Below, piece after piece: positions 9,696 to 19,795 of a stretch of DNA of 64,000 nt. The translations under genes were made by a program, and so were the position numbers. Under the pieces are notes generated by a model. It was given only the letters and a program-made list of their open reading frames with translations, was not told the origin of the DNA and ran no database searches. Source of the stretch: Dehalococcoidia bacterium (lineage in GTDB: Bacteria; Chloroflexota; Dehalococcoidia; SM23-28-2; RBG-16-64-32); NCBI GenBank assembly GCA_963665775.2, contig CAXXTF010000002.1:416001-480000 (forward strand), given 5' to 3'. Every line of letters begins with the position of its first letter. The first letter of the stretch is position 1.

Positions 9696-10216
9696 CGCTC
9701 AGGCCCATCCGCTCGATCGGCGGGGGCCTTCAGGGCGAAGTGCTGCTCCAGCAGGTCGGCCACACCGACGGCATCGTCCAGGCCGAACTGAGGTCGCTCC
9801 AGATCGAACGGCTGGTCCGTAACGACGGCGAACAGGTCGTCGAGGGCAGCCGTGAGGGTGCTACTGAAGGCCTGCCGCGAGACCTCGATCTTAAGGGCGG
9901 AGGCGCCTCGGTATCCCTCCGTAAGGATCAGGTCCACCCGGTCTCCCACCATCGTTGCCAGGTCGTCCAGGCTCCGTTCCTCGTGCACCTCTTCTAGGAG
10001 GGCCAGGCGAGATGGCGAGGAAAGCAGGACAATGTCGCTGCCGGCTTGGGTTAGCCGCCAGGAGTCCTTGCCGGGGCGGTCGATGTTGAAGTTGTGGACA
10101 TCGTGCTTAATTGTGGCCAGCCGGTAGCCGCGGGCTTTCATCTCCCGCACCAGCTTCTCCAAGAAGGTGGTCTTGCCCACCCCGGAGTTGCCGACCACGC
10201 TGATCATCGGAACCAT
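9692..10216 (-). CDS. mobB: Molybdopterin-guanine dinucleotide biosynthesis protein B
   Basis: VGNSGVGKTT P-loop, IKHDVHNF.ID.PGKDSWR, DLILTEGY. Confidence 0.93.
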   Translation of the reverse strand: MVPMISVVGNSGVGKTTFLEKLVREMKARGYRLATIKHDVHNFNIDRPGKDSWRLTQAGSDIVLLSSPSRLALLEEVHEERSLDDLATMVGDRVDLILTEGYRGASALKIEVSRQAFSSTLTAALDDLFAVVTDQPFDLERPQFGLDDAVGVADLLEQHFALKAPADRADGPER

Positions 10217-10704
10217 TGGGGCTCCCTTCCAGGCGCAGCGGGCGCAAGAGGACGGTGGCGCAAGCTCGGTCTACTGACGGATATGCGAACCATTGGCGCT
10301 AGCTCCTCCGCGGGAATAGCCATCTCCGTGTTTCACCTCCATCTTATCAGCTTACCGGCAGGGCTAAGAGGTGTCCTGGGCTGGCGACTGTTCAGGAGGT
10401 GGGAGCGGGGCCGCGCCTGAGGGCCGCAGACCGGCCGCAGTTCGTCGGACGGAGTCGAGTGTGGTGTGCCTGTTCTGATCGGCGCCGCGCGCGTAACGGG
10501 GACCATCTGCCAGGCGTCTATACCTTGTCAGTCGTAGTGCGGGCTCGGCCTACGATTGAATTTACGGGGGAACGGCCCTCGGCGCGGCCTGGGGCAAGGC
10601 AGTTCGTTCCCCATTTTCCCTTGAGTCGGCCGGCCGGGCCTTCCGGCGAGAGTTTGGCGAAGGGGCGCTGGCAAACTGCTGATGGTGAAGGAGGCAAGGG
10701 GTCG

Positions 10705-11163
10705 ATGGCGATGACCGTGATAGTGCTGATAGCCGACCGGGACGATCCGAAGCACGGAGAGATCACCATCCTGCATGACATGGGTGAGGCCGAACGCCTG
10801 ATTGAGCGGCTACTTGAGTCAGGCTTCGAGCAGGAACGGGTGCGCGTCTTTGGCGGGGCCGAGATGGATTTGCGGATCACCCAGAGGCCGGTCGTGGCGC
10901 TGGTTGGGGGTGTAGAGGCAAGACTCGAGTCGGAGGATGCCGCCGCTGAGACCGAAGACGCCGCTGCCGAGGCTACCGCCGCTGAGACCGAAGACGCCGC
11001 TGTCGAGGCTACCGCCGCTGAGACCGAAGACGCCGCCGCCGAGGCCACCGCCGCTGAGACCGAAGACGCCGCTGTCGAGGCTACCGCTGAACCGGAGGAG
11101 GCTCCTGACCCTGCCTTCGTGAAGGACGGTGTGCGGTTCTCCTCCCTATTCAAGAGCACCTAG
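10705..11163 (+). CDS. Hypothetical protein with acidic Ala/Glu tandem repeat
   Basis: AAGGAGG RBS before ATG 10705 (in frame with track ORF 10399); globular N-terminus, repeat, then VRFSSLFK tail. Confidence 0.7.
   Translation: MAMTVIVLIADRDDPKHGEITILHDMGEAERLIERLLESGFEQERVRVFGGAEMDLRITQRPVVALVGGVEARLESEDAAAETEDAAAEATAAETEDAAVEATAAETEDAAAEATAAETEDAAVEATAEPEEAPDPAFVKDGVRFSSLFKST
10942..11085 (+). repeat. 4 x 36-bp coding tandem repeat (AAETEDAA[A/V]EAT)
   Basis: Units begin at 10942, 10978, 11014, 11050; alternating GCC/GTC codon gives a 72-bp higher-order period. Confidence 0.95.
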
Positions 11164-11213
11164 CCGGGAGCCGATTGCGGCGGTGGGGCGTTCCAGCCTG
11201 CCCCAAACATGCC

Positions 11214-11567
11214 CTAGGTGGTCGGTGTCGCCTCCGCTTCCGGACAGGGTATCACTAGCTCCTACCCTATCTGAATCGAGTCTGGGTCAGCGATATCGTT
11301 GACCTCGATCAGATAATCTAGCGGGACATCGAAATCGATTGCTAGCGTGGACAGCAGGTCTCCCGCTTGGATGATGTAGATACTAGGCGTGCAGCCCGGG
11401 CTTGGTGCCGGGGTTGCCGTGGACGCAGGCGAACGGGTAGGGATAGGCGAGGGAGTGGAGGTGGAGGTGGGCGTTGGCGAGGGAGTGGACGTTTGCGATG
11501 GTTCATCGCTACCCCCACAGGCGGCCGCTACGAGAACGAACAAGATCAACGTAGCGAGAATCCTCAT
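11214..11567 (-). pseudogene. LysM-domain lipoprotein interrupted by an in-frame TAG at 11262-11264
   Basis: AAAC lipobox, Pro/Thr linker, YIIQAGD.LS.LA..F...L...N.I.DPDSIQIG*ELVIP; LysM consensus continues through the stop. Confidence 0.8.
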
Positions 11568-11692
11568 TTTTCGCTCACGATCCCTTCATTACGCCAGGTT
11601 TGCCATTCCCTCTCGGAATCTCGCTCTCACAATGGAGCCTGGCCTATACGATGTCAAGAAGACAGTGGTGGGACAGGCTGGATGCGAGAGAG

Positions 11693-11769
11693 TGGTGGGC
11701 GATGGAGGGCTCGAACCTCCGACCTTCTCTGTGTAAGAGAGACGCTCTAACCAACTGAGCTAATCGCCC
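11693..11769 (-). tRNA. trnV: tRNA-Val (TAC)
   Basis: Reverse complement GGGCGATTAGCTCAGTTGGTTAGAGCGTCTCTCTTACACAGAGAAGGTCGGAGGTTCGAGCCCTCCATCGCCCACCA, 77 nt with CCA. Confidence 0.97.
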
Positions 11770-11797
11770 ACCGGCGGCGATGGCCGGTCTGATTGTA

Positions 11798-13138
11798 TCA
11801 GAGATTTCGTTTGTCGCGCTCTCCCGAGGGGCCTTCGCGGGATGGCTGCTCACCAGGCGGGCTGTCTTGCGGCTGTAGCGCCGTCTCTCGCGCTGCCGAA
11901 AAGAAGGCGGGCAGCCGGGGCGTGTCCCGGAGGAACAAAAGCATAGCCAGTACCAGATAGCCCGTCCCGTAGGCGACGCGAATCGTCGTATCGGTTAAGA
12001 ATAGTTGGGTGCTAAAGAGCGCGGCCAGCAGTATGGCCTCCCGCCGCTCCATGCTCAGGCTCACGAGGATCGCCACCGCAAACATGGACTGGCCGGCAGT
12101 CAGGAACACCTCCTCCGCCTGGCGAGCGTCGAACTCCAGGGGGCTTAGGGTGCCGCCCGATATGCTGAAGGCCAGGGGCAGGCTGCCGATGAGTAGGGTC
12201 CACTGGTTGACCTTGGACGCTATCAGCACCGTCATGGCCGCCCCGCTGCGCCCTCGTATCGCCAGCAGGCCGGCCATGACGAACTCCGGCGCCTCCGAGG
12301 CCAGGGGAGCTATCCACTGCACCAGGAGGAACTCGTCCACGCCCAGGTCCTCTCCCGTCTCCACCAGCCCCTCGGCGAAGGGCTCCGCCGCGGCGAAGAT
12401 GACCAAGGCGGCGTAGGCGAAGATGCCCCCTATCATCAACCGGCGACGTAGCTTCGACAGTGAGCCGATGGCTGCCGCCGGGCCGACGAACTCCCTCTCC
12501 TCCGCCGGCGGCGTCCGCGAGGCGAGATACATATAGGTGCCGAAGATCGTGAACATCACGGCCGTATCGATGAGCGAGAGGTGGCCACGGATGGGGATGG
12601 AGAAGCTGTACAGGGTGGCGGCGCCCAGGAAGAGGATCCCCAGAGAGTTGTGGCGCTCGATGGGCATAATGGTGCGACGATGACGCAGGAAGAAGATGAG
12701 GAAGATCATGGGCCAGGCAAGGCCTACCAGCAGCCGGTTCGCCCCGGTCATATTGGCGATGGCGAGGTTTCTGGGGTGGACGATGTCGCTGACGCCGCCA
12801 GCGCAGTCTAACGGGAAATCCAGCCGAATACACTCCGGTACGTTCGGCGCCGTCCAGGCGAAGAAGAGGTCCACCGCGTACTCCGGCAGCACCGCAACGA
12901 GGGCCAGGGTCACCAAGGCCAGGGTGGCCGAGACCTCGGTTTCCGCCACCTCCGAGGCCCAGATCAAGAGCGTCGCCGCAGCCAGTATGCCGAGGCCGAA
13001 GATGAGCGATTGAACGATGGGGGAGAAGTCGGGATGGGGACCGCCCGTGATGTCCAGGACGCGGAGAATTGGGCCGGGTAGGGCCACGACTGCCGCCAGC
13101 CCGATTATCGCCCAGTGGCGTGCGTAGGTGATGCGCAT
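11798..13138 (-). CDS. Ca2+/cation antiporter (CaCA, Na_Ca_ex family)
   Basis: Alpha-repeat-like motifs AVLPEYAVD...ANMTGANR and PLASEAPE...SKVNQWT; ~11 TM; ATG 13138 chosen as start. Confidence 0.85.
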   Translation of the reverse strand: MRITYARHWAIIGLAAVVALPGPILRVLDITGGPHPDFSPIVQSLIFGLGILAAATLLIWASEVAETEVSATLALVTLALVAVLPEYAVDLFFAWTAPNVPECIRLDFPLDCAGGVSDIVHPRNLAIANMTGANRLLVGLAWPMIFLIFFLRHRRTIMPIERHNSLGILFLGAATLYSFSIPIRGHLSLIDTAVMFTIFGTYMYLASRTPPAEEREFVGPAAAIGSLSKLRRRLMIGGIFAYAALVIFAAAEPFAEGLVETGEDLGVDEFLLVQWIAPLASEAPEFVMAGLLAIRGRSGAAMTVLIASKVNQWTLLIGSLPLAFSISGGTLSPLEFDARQAEEVFLTAGQSMFAVAILVSLSMERREAILLAALFSTQLFLTDTTIRVAYGTGYLVLAMLLFLRDTPRLPAFFSAARETALQPQDSPPGEQPSREGPSGERDKRNL

Positions 13139-13192
13139 CCAATTTGCTCCAGCTGAGTATATCAAGGCGGGTGATAACGGGGAACGCTCTCG

Positions 13193-13221
13193 TTGACACC
13201 TCACATCTGGGGGGATACACT
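13193..13221 (+). promoter_or_regulatory. Sigma70-type promoter for the mutase operon
   Basis: TTGACA (13193-13198), 17 nt, TACACT (13216-13221). Confidence 0.7.
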
Positions 13222-13284
13222 CGTGCCGCGGTTACCCGGAACGATGATGCCCTCGCGGGCACGGAAGTTGAGGAGGCGATTCCA

Positions 13285-14949
13285 TTGCCTGAAGCCGACG
13301 GCAGCGAAAAGCAAAAGTGGCTGGACGGCGCCTACAGCCGCTCCACCCAACGCTTCCCCGAGCGCGACTACCCCTTCGAGACGTCCGACGGACAGGTCGT
13401 CGAGCCTACCTACACCGCCGATGATCTTGCCGGCTGGGATGACCTGAATCAGCTTGGCTTCCCGGGTGAGTTCCCCTTTACCCGCGGCGTCCAGCCCACC
13501 ATGTACCGCGGTCGGCTCTGGACCATGCGCCAGTACGCCGGCTTCGGCGACGCCGAGGAGTCCAACCGCCGCTACCGCTACCTCCTGGAGCAGGGCCAGA
13601 CCGGTCTCTCCGTCGCCTTCGACCTGCCTACCCAGATCGGCTACGACTCCGATGATCCCGTCGCTGAGGGCGAGGTAGGCAAGGTGGGCGTCGCCATCTC
13701 CTCCCTGGCCGATATGGAGATCCTCTTCCAGGAGATCCCCCTGCAAAAGGTCACCACCTCCATGACCATCAACGCCACCGCGGCTATCCTCCTGGCCTTC
13801 TACGTGGCCGTGGCCAAGAAGCAGGGGGCCGACCTCAGCAAGGTCGGTGGCACCACTCAGCACGATGTCCTGAAGGAGTACATCGCCCGCGGCACCTACA
13901 TATTCCCGCCCGAGGGTTCCATGCGTCTGGTTACCGATGTATTCGGCTGGTGCAAGGAGAACATCCCTCAGTGGAACACCATTAGCATCAGCGGCTACCA
14001 CATGCGGGAGGCCGGCTGCACCGCAGTCCAGGAGGTCGGATTCACCCTGTCCAACGCCATCGCCTACTCTCAGGCTGCTCTGGACGTGGGACTCCAATTC
14101 GACGAGATCGCGCCCCGTTTCTCCTTCTTCTTCGCCGCCTACACTAACCTTCTGGAGGAGGTGGCCAAGTTCCGCGCCGCCCGCCGGCTGTGGGCCCGCC
14201 TCGCCCGCGATCGCTTTGACGCGAAGGACTCCCGCTCCATGATGCTGCGCTTCCACACCCAGACCGGCGGCGCCACCCTCACCGCGCAGCAGCCGGAGAA
14301 CAACATCGTGCGGACGGCCCTCCAGGCGCTGGCCGCCGTTCTCGGTGGCACCCAGTCCTTACACACCAACTCTATGGACGAGGCGCTGGCCTTGCCCTCG
14401 GAGAAGACAGTCCAAATCGCCCTCCGCACCCAGCAGGTTCTCGCCTACGAGTCCGGCGTCGGCGATGTTGTCGACCCTCTGGCCGGCTCCTACTATATCG
14501 AGAAGCTCACGGACCGCATCGAGGAGGAAGCGCTCGCTTACATCAACCGCATCGAAGACCTAGGCGGCGCTCTGCGCGCTATCGAGGCCGGCTTTCAGCA
14601 GCGGGAGATACAGGAGAGCTCCTACCGTATACAGATGGAAGTCGATAACAGCCGTCGCGTCGTCGTCGGCGTCAACCAGTTCACCTCGGACGAGGAGGAG
14701 CAGGGCGAAATCCTCCGCCTACAGCCGGAGGTGGTGAAGAGGCAGCTCGACCGGCTGCAGCGGGCCCGATCGGAGCGCGACCAGGCCCGTGCCGATCAGC
14801 TCCTGGGCCAGCTTGGCACGGCCGCCCGTGGGGACGCCAACCTCATGCCCCTCCTCATCGAGTGCGCGGAGAGCTACGTCACCCTGGGCGAGATGTGCCA
14901 CGTGCTGCGGGGCGTCTTCGGGGAGCAGCGGGAGTTCATGGTGTTCTAA
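13285..14949 (+). CDS. mcmA1: Methylmalonyl-CoA mutase, substrate-binding (large) subunit
   Basis: [15 protein letters not shown] (Tyr specificity residue), [25 protein letters not shown]; TTG start after AGGAGG. Confidence 0.93.
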   Translation: MPEADGSEKQKWLDGAYSRSTQRFPERDYPFETSDGQVVEPTYTADDLAGWDDLNQLGFPGEFPFTRGVQPTMYRGRLWTMRQYAGFGDAEESNRRYRYLLEQGQTGLSVAFDLPTQIGYDSDDPVAEGEVGKVGVAISSLADMEILFQEIPLQKVTTSMTINATAAILLAFYVAVAKKQGADLSKVGGTTQHDVLKEYIARGTYIFPPEGSMRLVTDVFGWCKENIPQWNTISISGYHMREAGCTAVQEVGFTLSNAIAYSQAALDVGLQFDEIAPRFSFFFAAYTNLLEEVAKFRAARRLWARLARDRFDAKDSRSMMLRFHTQTGGATLTAQQPENNIVRTALQALAAVLGGTQSLHTNSMDEALALPSEKTVQIALRTQQVLAYESGVGDVVDPLAGSYYIEKLTDRIEEEALAYINRIEDLGGALRAIEAGFQQREIQESSYRIQMEVDNSRRVVVGVNQFTSDEEEQGEILRLQPEVVKRQLDRLQRARSERDQARADQLLGQLGTAARGDANLMPLLIECAESYVTLGEMCHVLRGVFGEQREFMVF

Positions 14950-15034
14950 GCATGGGGTCATTTCGCGTCCCTATCGAGGTAGGTGATCCCAAAGGTCAGC
15001 GCTTTGAGCCGCCACAGCGACGGAAGGAGGGTAG

Positions 15035-15436
15035 ATGATCGAGAAGATTCACCATATCGGCATCGCCGTGCACAGCCTGGACGAGGCGCTCACCTTCTAC
15101 CGCGATACCCTGGGCCTTCCCGTCCATAAGCAGGCCACTATCGAGGAGCAGGGGGTGAAGGCCGCCCTCCTCACCATCGGCCAGAGCGAAATCGAGCTGC
15201 TGGAGCCCCTCTCGCCGGAGTCGACCGTGGGCCGCTTTCTGGAGCGCAAGGGCGAGGGGATGCATCACATCTGTTTCCAGACCCCGGACGTCGCTGCGGA
15301 GCTGGAGGGCCTCAAGCGGAAGGATGTCCAGCTTATCGACCAGCAGCCACGAAGTGGGCTGGCCGGCATGATCTGCTTCCTTCACCCCAAGGCCAGCCGC
15401 AGCGTCCTGGTGGAGCTGGCCACGCCGGTGGAGTAA
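15035..15436 (+). CDS. mce: Methylmalonyl-CoA epimerase
   Basis: IHHIGIAV, EQGV, IELLEP, GEGMHHI, FLHPK...VLVEL. Confidence 0.93.
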   Translation: MIEKIHHIGIAVHSLDEALTFYRDTLGLPVHKQATIEEQGVKAALLTIGQSEIELLEPLSPESTVGRFLERKGEGMHHICFQTPDVAAELEGLKRKDVQLIDQQPRSGLAGMICFLHPKASRSVLVELATPVE

Positions 15437-15440
15437 CGCT

Positions 15441-15848
15441 ATGCCGAGCTTTAAGCGCATCGACCACGTAGTGATCGCCACCGCCGACCTGGGGGACGCC
15501 ACCCGCCTGTGGGAGCGGAATCTGGGCCTCGCGCCGGACGCCACCCTGGATCAGCCCCTGGGCGCCGGCTTCCAGGTGGCGCGACTCCCTGTAGGCGACG
15601 CCTTCCTGGAGCTGATCCAGCCCGGGGCCGAGGGCGGCCGCTTCGCGGCTCAGGTCCAGGAACGAGGCGAAGGGCTGTTCTCGCTCAGCATTGAGGTGGA
15701 TGATCTGGATGGCGCCATCGCCTATCTGTGGGGGAAGGGAGCCGTCGTCTCAAACCCGGAGCAGGGCATCTGGCCCGGCAGCCGTGTCGCCCGGGTTAGC
15801 CAGAAATCCAGCCACGGCGTCTCCCTCCAGCTCATCGAGCGAACCTGA
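15441..15848 (+). CDS. VOC family protein (epimerase paralog)
   Basis: IDHVVIA, FLELIQP, GEGL, HGVSLQLIE; some metal ligands appear substituted. Confidence 0.8.
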   Translation: MPSFKRIDHVVIATADLGDATRLWERNLGLAPDATLDQPLGAGFQVARLPVGDAFLELIQPGAEGGRFAAQVQERGEGLFSLSIEVDDLDGAIAYLWGKGAVVSNPEQGIWPGSRVARVSQKSSHGVSLQLIERT

Positions 15849-15917
15849 CGAGGTGCGGGGCGTCGCCTCCGATAGCCTTACTGCCGTATAATCTCCCAGA
15901 GGAGGTTGCCCAAGAGC

Positions 15918-16340
15918 ATGGCTCAAGAACAGAAGGTAAAGATCGTCATCGCTAAGCCCGGCCTGGATGGCCACGACCGAGGCGCCAAGGTCATCGCCCG
16001 CGCCCTCCGCGATGCCGGATACGAGGTGGTCTACACCGGCATCCGGCAGACGCCGGAGATGATCGCCGAAACCGCGCTCCAGGAGGACGCTGACCTCGTC
16101 GGCCTTTCGATCCTCTCCGGCGCCCACCTGGAGCTCTTCCCGCGCGTAGTCCAGGAGCTGAAGAAGCGCGGCATGGACGATGTCCTCCTGTTCGGCGGCG
16201 GCATCATCCCCCGAGAGGACATTCCGCGGCTGGAGGAGGTCGGTTTCAAGGGGATCTTCGGCCCCGGCGCCTCCACGCACGACATCGTGGAGTGGGTACA
16301 GAAGAACGCTTCCGCCAGGGGGGCCGCCAGCCGCTCGTGA
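15918..16340 (+). CDS. mcmA2: Methylmalonyl-CoA mutase cobalamin-binding (small) subunit
   Basis: [12 protein letters not shown] (DxHxxG), [14 protein letters not shown]. Confidence 0.95.
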   Translation: MAQEQKVKIVIAKPGLDGHDRGAKVIARALRDAGYEVVYTGIRQTPEMIAETALQEDADLVGLSILSGAHLELFPRVVQELKKRGMDDVLLFGGGIIPREDIPRLEEVGFKGIFGPGASTHDIVEWVQKNASARGAASRS

Positions 16341-17278
16341 CCTCGGAACTGAGCCAGCGCCTTCTGCAAGGCGATAAGAGGGCGCTCAGCCGCCTCCTCA
16401 GCTTAGTCGAGAACGGGTATCCGGAGGGGCGGCAGGCGCTGCGCGAGATATTCTCCCATAGCGGCCGTGCCCACATCATCGGCATCACGGGGCCCACGGG
16501 CTCCGGCAAGAGCACCCTGGTGAGCGGGCTGGCCCGTGAGTTCCGCAAACGGGGCCATACCGTCGGCATCGTCGCCGTGGACCCGACAAGCCCCTTCACT
16601 CATGGTGCCCTGTTGGGCGATCGTATCCGGATGCAGGACCTCACTGCCGATCCGGAGGTGTTCATCCGCAGCATGGCCACCAGGGGCGCCCTGGGCGGGC
16701 TGGCCCCGGCCAGCAACGATGTCGTCACGGTCATGGACGCGGCAGGCAAGGACGTGATCATGGTGGAGACGGTGGGCGCCGGGCAGGACGAGGTGGAGAT
16801 CGCGGACACTGCCGACACCACTGTGGTGATCAATGTGCCCGGCACCGGCGACGACATCCAGGCGATCAAGGCTGGCATTCTGGAGATCGCTGATATCCTC
16901 GTCGTCAACAAGGCGGACCGGCCTGGGGCGGGCATCATCGCGAAGCAGTTGCACATCTTCATGGCGCCGAGCCGGAATGAAGGCTGGGAGATCCCTATCA
17001 TCGAGACCGTGGCCCACAGGGATGGAGGCGTCCCTGATCTCACGGACGCCATCGAGAAGCACCACCGTTATCTGAGCCAGTCCGGCCGGCTGGATGAAGT
17101 CCGCCGTCAGCGCGCTCGGCGCCAGCTCCTCGCGGTGGCCCAGGGCCAGCTTCTGACCCGCCTCCTGGCCTCCGCCGAGGCTACCGGCGGTCTTGAGGCG
17201 CTGGTGGAGGCCGTGGCGCGGCGGGAGATAGACCCGCATACGGCGGCCGAACGGCTGATCGGCGAGCCGGGCGGCTAA
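16337..17278 (+). CDS. meaB: MeaB/ArgK GTPase chaperone of methylmalonyl-CoA mutase
   Basis: [33 protein letters not shown]; GTG start overlaps upstream stop. Confidence 0.95.
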   Translation: MTSELSQRLLQGDKRALSRLLSLVENGYPEGRQALREIFSHSGRAHIIGITGPTGSGKSTLVSGLAREFRKRGHTVGIVAVDPTSPFTHGALLGDRIRMQDLTADPEVFIRSMATRGALGGLAPASNDVVTVMDAAGKDVIMVETVGAGQDEVEIADTADTTVVINVPGTGDDIQAIKAGILEIADILVVNKADRPGAGIIAKQLHIFMAPSRNEGWEIPIIETVAHRDGGVPDLTDAIEKHHRYLSQSGRLDEVRRQRARRQLLAVAQGQLLTRLLASAEATGGLEALVEAVARREIDPHTAAERLIGEPGG

Positions 17279-17418
17279 GGCCGGGACCGGCCCCGGACTC
17301 CGTAGCGGTTCCCATCCTGGGAAGGCGCAGCATGTGGGCGGTGGAAGCGGCACGAGGCGGGGGACAGTAAGGAACTTTTTCCACCGCTCACCCGTATTAA
17401 CGTAGGACGGTAATAAAC

Positions 17419-17601
17419 ATGACGCGCCTGCCGGCATCACTCGCCACTCTCGTGGCGGTCGCCGCAAACCTATCGGCGAGCGTCCCTTCTGCCCACGCCT
17501 GCACCTGCGTTCCGTTCACCAGGCAGGAGTACGTTGACCACGCCGATGTCAGCGCCATCGGCACGGTCATCCGGCTCATCGCTGACGAAGGTACAGGTTA
17601 A
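17419..17601 (+). pseudogene. Truncated secreted protein (signal peptide plus AHA-CTC, TIMP/NTR-like N-terminus)
   Basis: Signal ending SAHA, then CTCVP...ADV...GTV; ends after 60 aa where the sequence turns AT-richer. Confidence 0.5.
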
Positions 17602-17750
17602 TGTTCGTAACGAGCACCGCCGTGTGGAGAGATGGATCACTGAGAAGACTGATTTGCCTTTTAGGTTATTTAGGAAGTAGAATACGTGAACCAGAATTAT
17701 CAGCGAGCCTAAGTAATCTGGGTAAGGATCTAGAAAGGGCGGCTGTCTAG

Positions 17751-18707
17751 ATGACCTCTATGCAAGCTTACTTGCTCCGACGGATCATACTGCTGATCCC
17801 AACCCTGATTGGGGTTACCTTTATCGTCTTTATGTCAGTCCGTTTCTTGCCAGGGGACATTGTTGACTCCCTGGCCGGGGAGTTTGCTGCCACGCCCGAG
17901 TACCGAAAAATAATAGAGGAACAATACAAACTGAACGACAATATGTTCACGCAATACTTCGAGTGGCTGGGCGGCATCATAACCTTGGACTTTGGCGATT
18001 CGCTGCTCAGGAGAGCACCGGTGAACGATCTTCTGAGGCAGAAGCTTCCGGCCACTATTCAGCTCTCAGCGATGTCCTTAACCCTTTCCGTAATTATCGC
18101 CATACCGGTAGGCATCATATCGGCCATTCGACAGGACTCTGCTATGGATTACGTTGGCCGTAGCTTTGCCGTGGCGTCGCTGGCCACCCCCAATTTCTGG
18201 ATCGCCATCATGGTGATCACTTTTGGATTCGTCTGGTTCGGCTGGACAGCGCCGATAAGGTACGTAGCGATTTGGGACGATCCGATTGCGAATCTAAAGC
18301 TGTTCTGGGTACCGGCCGTAATCCTGGGAACCAGCCTGAGCGGCACCCTCATGCGCCTGACCCGCTCGGCAATGCTAGAGGTGCTGCGCCAGGACTACGT
18401 CCGCACTGCCTGGGCCAAGGGCCTCCGTGAGCGTGCGGTTATCTCTCAACATGTCGTCAGAAACGCTCTCATACCCGTTATTACAATCATCGGAGGGCGA
18501 ATTCCGACGTTGGTAGGCGGAACCGTGATCATAGAAACGATCTTCACTATTCCGGGGATGGGCCGACTCTTCTTTGACTCCATCGGTGAACGGGACTATA
18601 CTACCGTCCAAGCTATCGTGATAATCTCGGCTGTCCTGGTTGTGGTCAGCAACCTCGTTACGGATATGACTTACTCCATCATCGACCCCAGGATTCGGGT
18701 CCGCTAG
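17751..18707 (+). CDS. Peptide/nickel-family ABC transporter permease (OppB/DppB-like)
   Basis: YLLRR, LPGD, DFGDS, QDYVRTAWAKGL (EAA loop), RDY, DPRIR. Confidence 0.93.
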   Translation: MTSMQAYLLRRIILLIPTLIGVTFIVFMSVRFLPGDIVDSLAGEFAATPEYRKIIEEQYKLNDNMFTQYFEWLGGIITLDFGDSLLRRAPVNDLLRQKLPATIQLSAMSLTLSVIIAIPVGIISAIRQDSAMDYVGRSFAVASLATPNFWIAIMVITFGFVWFGWTAPIRYVAIWDDPIANLKLFWVPAVILGTSLSGTLMRLTRSAMLEVLRQDYVRTAWAKGLRERAVISQHVVRNALIPVITIIGGRIPTLVGGTVIIETIFTIPGMGRLFFDSIGERDYTTVQAIVIISAVLVVVSNLVTDMTYSIIDPRIRVR

Positions 18708-18725
18708 AAGCACGAGACGTAGGCC

Positions 18726-19628
18726 ATGGCTCGAGAATCTGTTGCGGCTCCAGTAATAACACAACCCTGGTTCAGGCGCAGCACCGGTGTCTTGCGAGCG
18801 TTGTGGCGCTTTGTCCGGCATAAGCCCCTAGGCACTTTTGGGGCCGCGGTCGGTCTTCTGATGCTTTTGACGGCGCTTTTCGCAGACGTGATAGCACCTT
18901 ATGGCTACGCCGAATTCAATATTCCGGAGCGTCTCCAAGGGCCCAGTTGGGACCATCTATTCGGCACCGATAATCAGGGTCGTGATGTCTTCAGTCGAAT
19001 AGTGTACGGGGCCCAAACATCGGTCATTACATCCTTTGGCGCGGTGACCCTTGCTGTCGTTATGGCCACGTCCATAGGCTTAATCTCTGCCTACTACGGT
19101 GGCCTGGTCGATCTTTTGTTCCAGCGGGTAGTCGATATCTGGATAGCCTTTCCCGGGCTCCTTTTTATCATCTTCCTTGTATCCATCCTGGGAGCAAGCC
19201 AACTGACCCTTATCATCGTCATAGGCTTTCTGTTCATGGCCGGTTCGTCACGGCTCCTCCGGAGCGTAGCGATGGCGACCCTGGCCCAACCCTATACGGA
19301 GGCCGCCAAGGCCGTGGGTGCGCGTGACTCGCGCATCATGATATTTCACATCTTGCCTAACATGGTCCCCATCATCCTCATCACTGTCTCAGTGGAAATA
19401 GGCGCCGTGATCTTGATTGAGTCGTCCTTATCCTTCCTTGGCTATGGCATTCCACCGCCCTTCCCGTCTTGGGGTCGCATGCTCAACGAATCCCAACGGC
19501 AGATGCTGAATCAGCCATACTTGGCCATTTTCCCAGGGCTGGCGATCGCTCTTGTTGTCTATTCGTTAAACATGTTTGGCGACGCCCTGCGGGATGTGCT
19601 CGATCCACGTCTACGCGGATCAAGATAA
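18726..19628 (+). CDS. Peptide/nickel-family ABC transporter permease (OppC/DppC-like)
   Basis: HLFGTDNQGRDVFSR, YTEAAKAVGA, HILPN, LSFLGYG, GDALRDVLDPR. Confidence 0.93.
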   Translation: MARESVAAPVITQPWFRRSTGVLRALWRFVRHKPLGTFGAAVGLLMLLTALFADVIAPYGYAEFNIPERLQGPSWDHLFGTDNQGRDVFSRIVYGAQTSVITSFGAVTLAVVMATSIGLISAYYGGLVDLLFQRVVDIWIAFPGLLFIIFLVSILGASQLTLIIVIGFLFMAGSSRLLRSVAMATLAQPYTEAAKAVGARDSRIMIFHILPNMVPIILITVSVEIGAVILIESSLSFLGYGIPPPFPSWGRMLNESQRQMLNQPYLAIFPGLAIALVVYSLNMFGDALRDVLDPRLRGSR

Positions 19629-19795
19629 GAGGCGATGCCGAGACATCGTTATGCCGGAACAGCGTATCAGGAGCTGTCTTAGCGTCCCACCGGCGGCGAA
19701 TGTGCTTCGCCTTGACGCCGCCTTGCTCGAACGATATTATGGAGCGGCTTTGCCCACGACTGATCTATGGCCGGCTGGAAAGTGGAGGATAGTTC

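Noticed and set aside
10220-10700. Moco riboswitch upstream of mobB
   Set aside because: No recognisable Moco RNA consensus on the minus strand; an Rfam scan would be decisive.
10942-11085. Possible CRISPR array (36-bp repeats)
   Set aside because: Head-to-tail, in-frame coding repeat with no spacers.
11666-11688. Possible second tRNA 3' remnant just downstream of tRNA-Val (CTCGCATCCAGCCTGTCCCACCA, minus strand)
   Set aside because: Only ~23 nt, and mismatched at invariant T54 and A58; could be chance.
13144-13284. Cobalamin riboswitch or long N-terminal extension upstream of the mutase
   Set aside because: Region holds a canonical promoter and RBS, with no B12 box; the longer ORF start lies upstream of the promoter.
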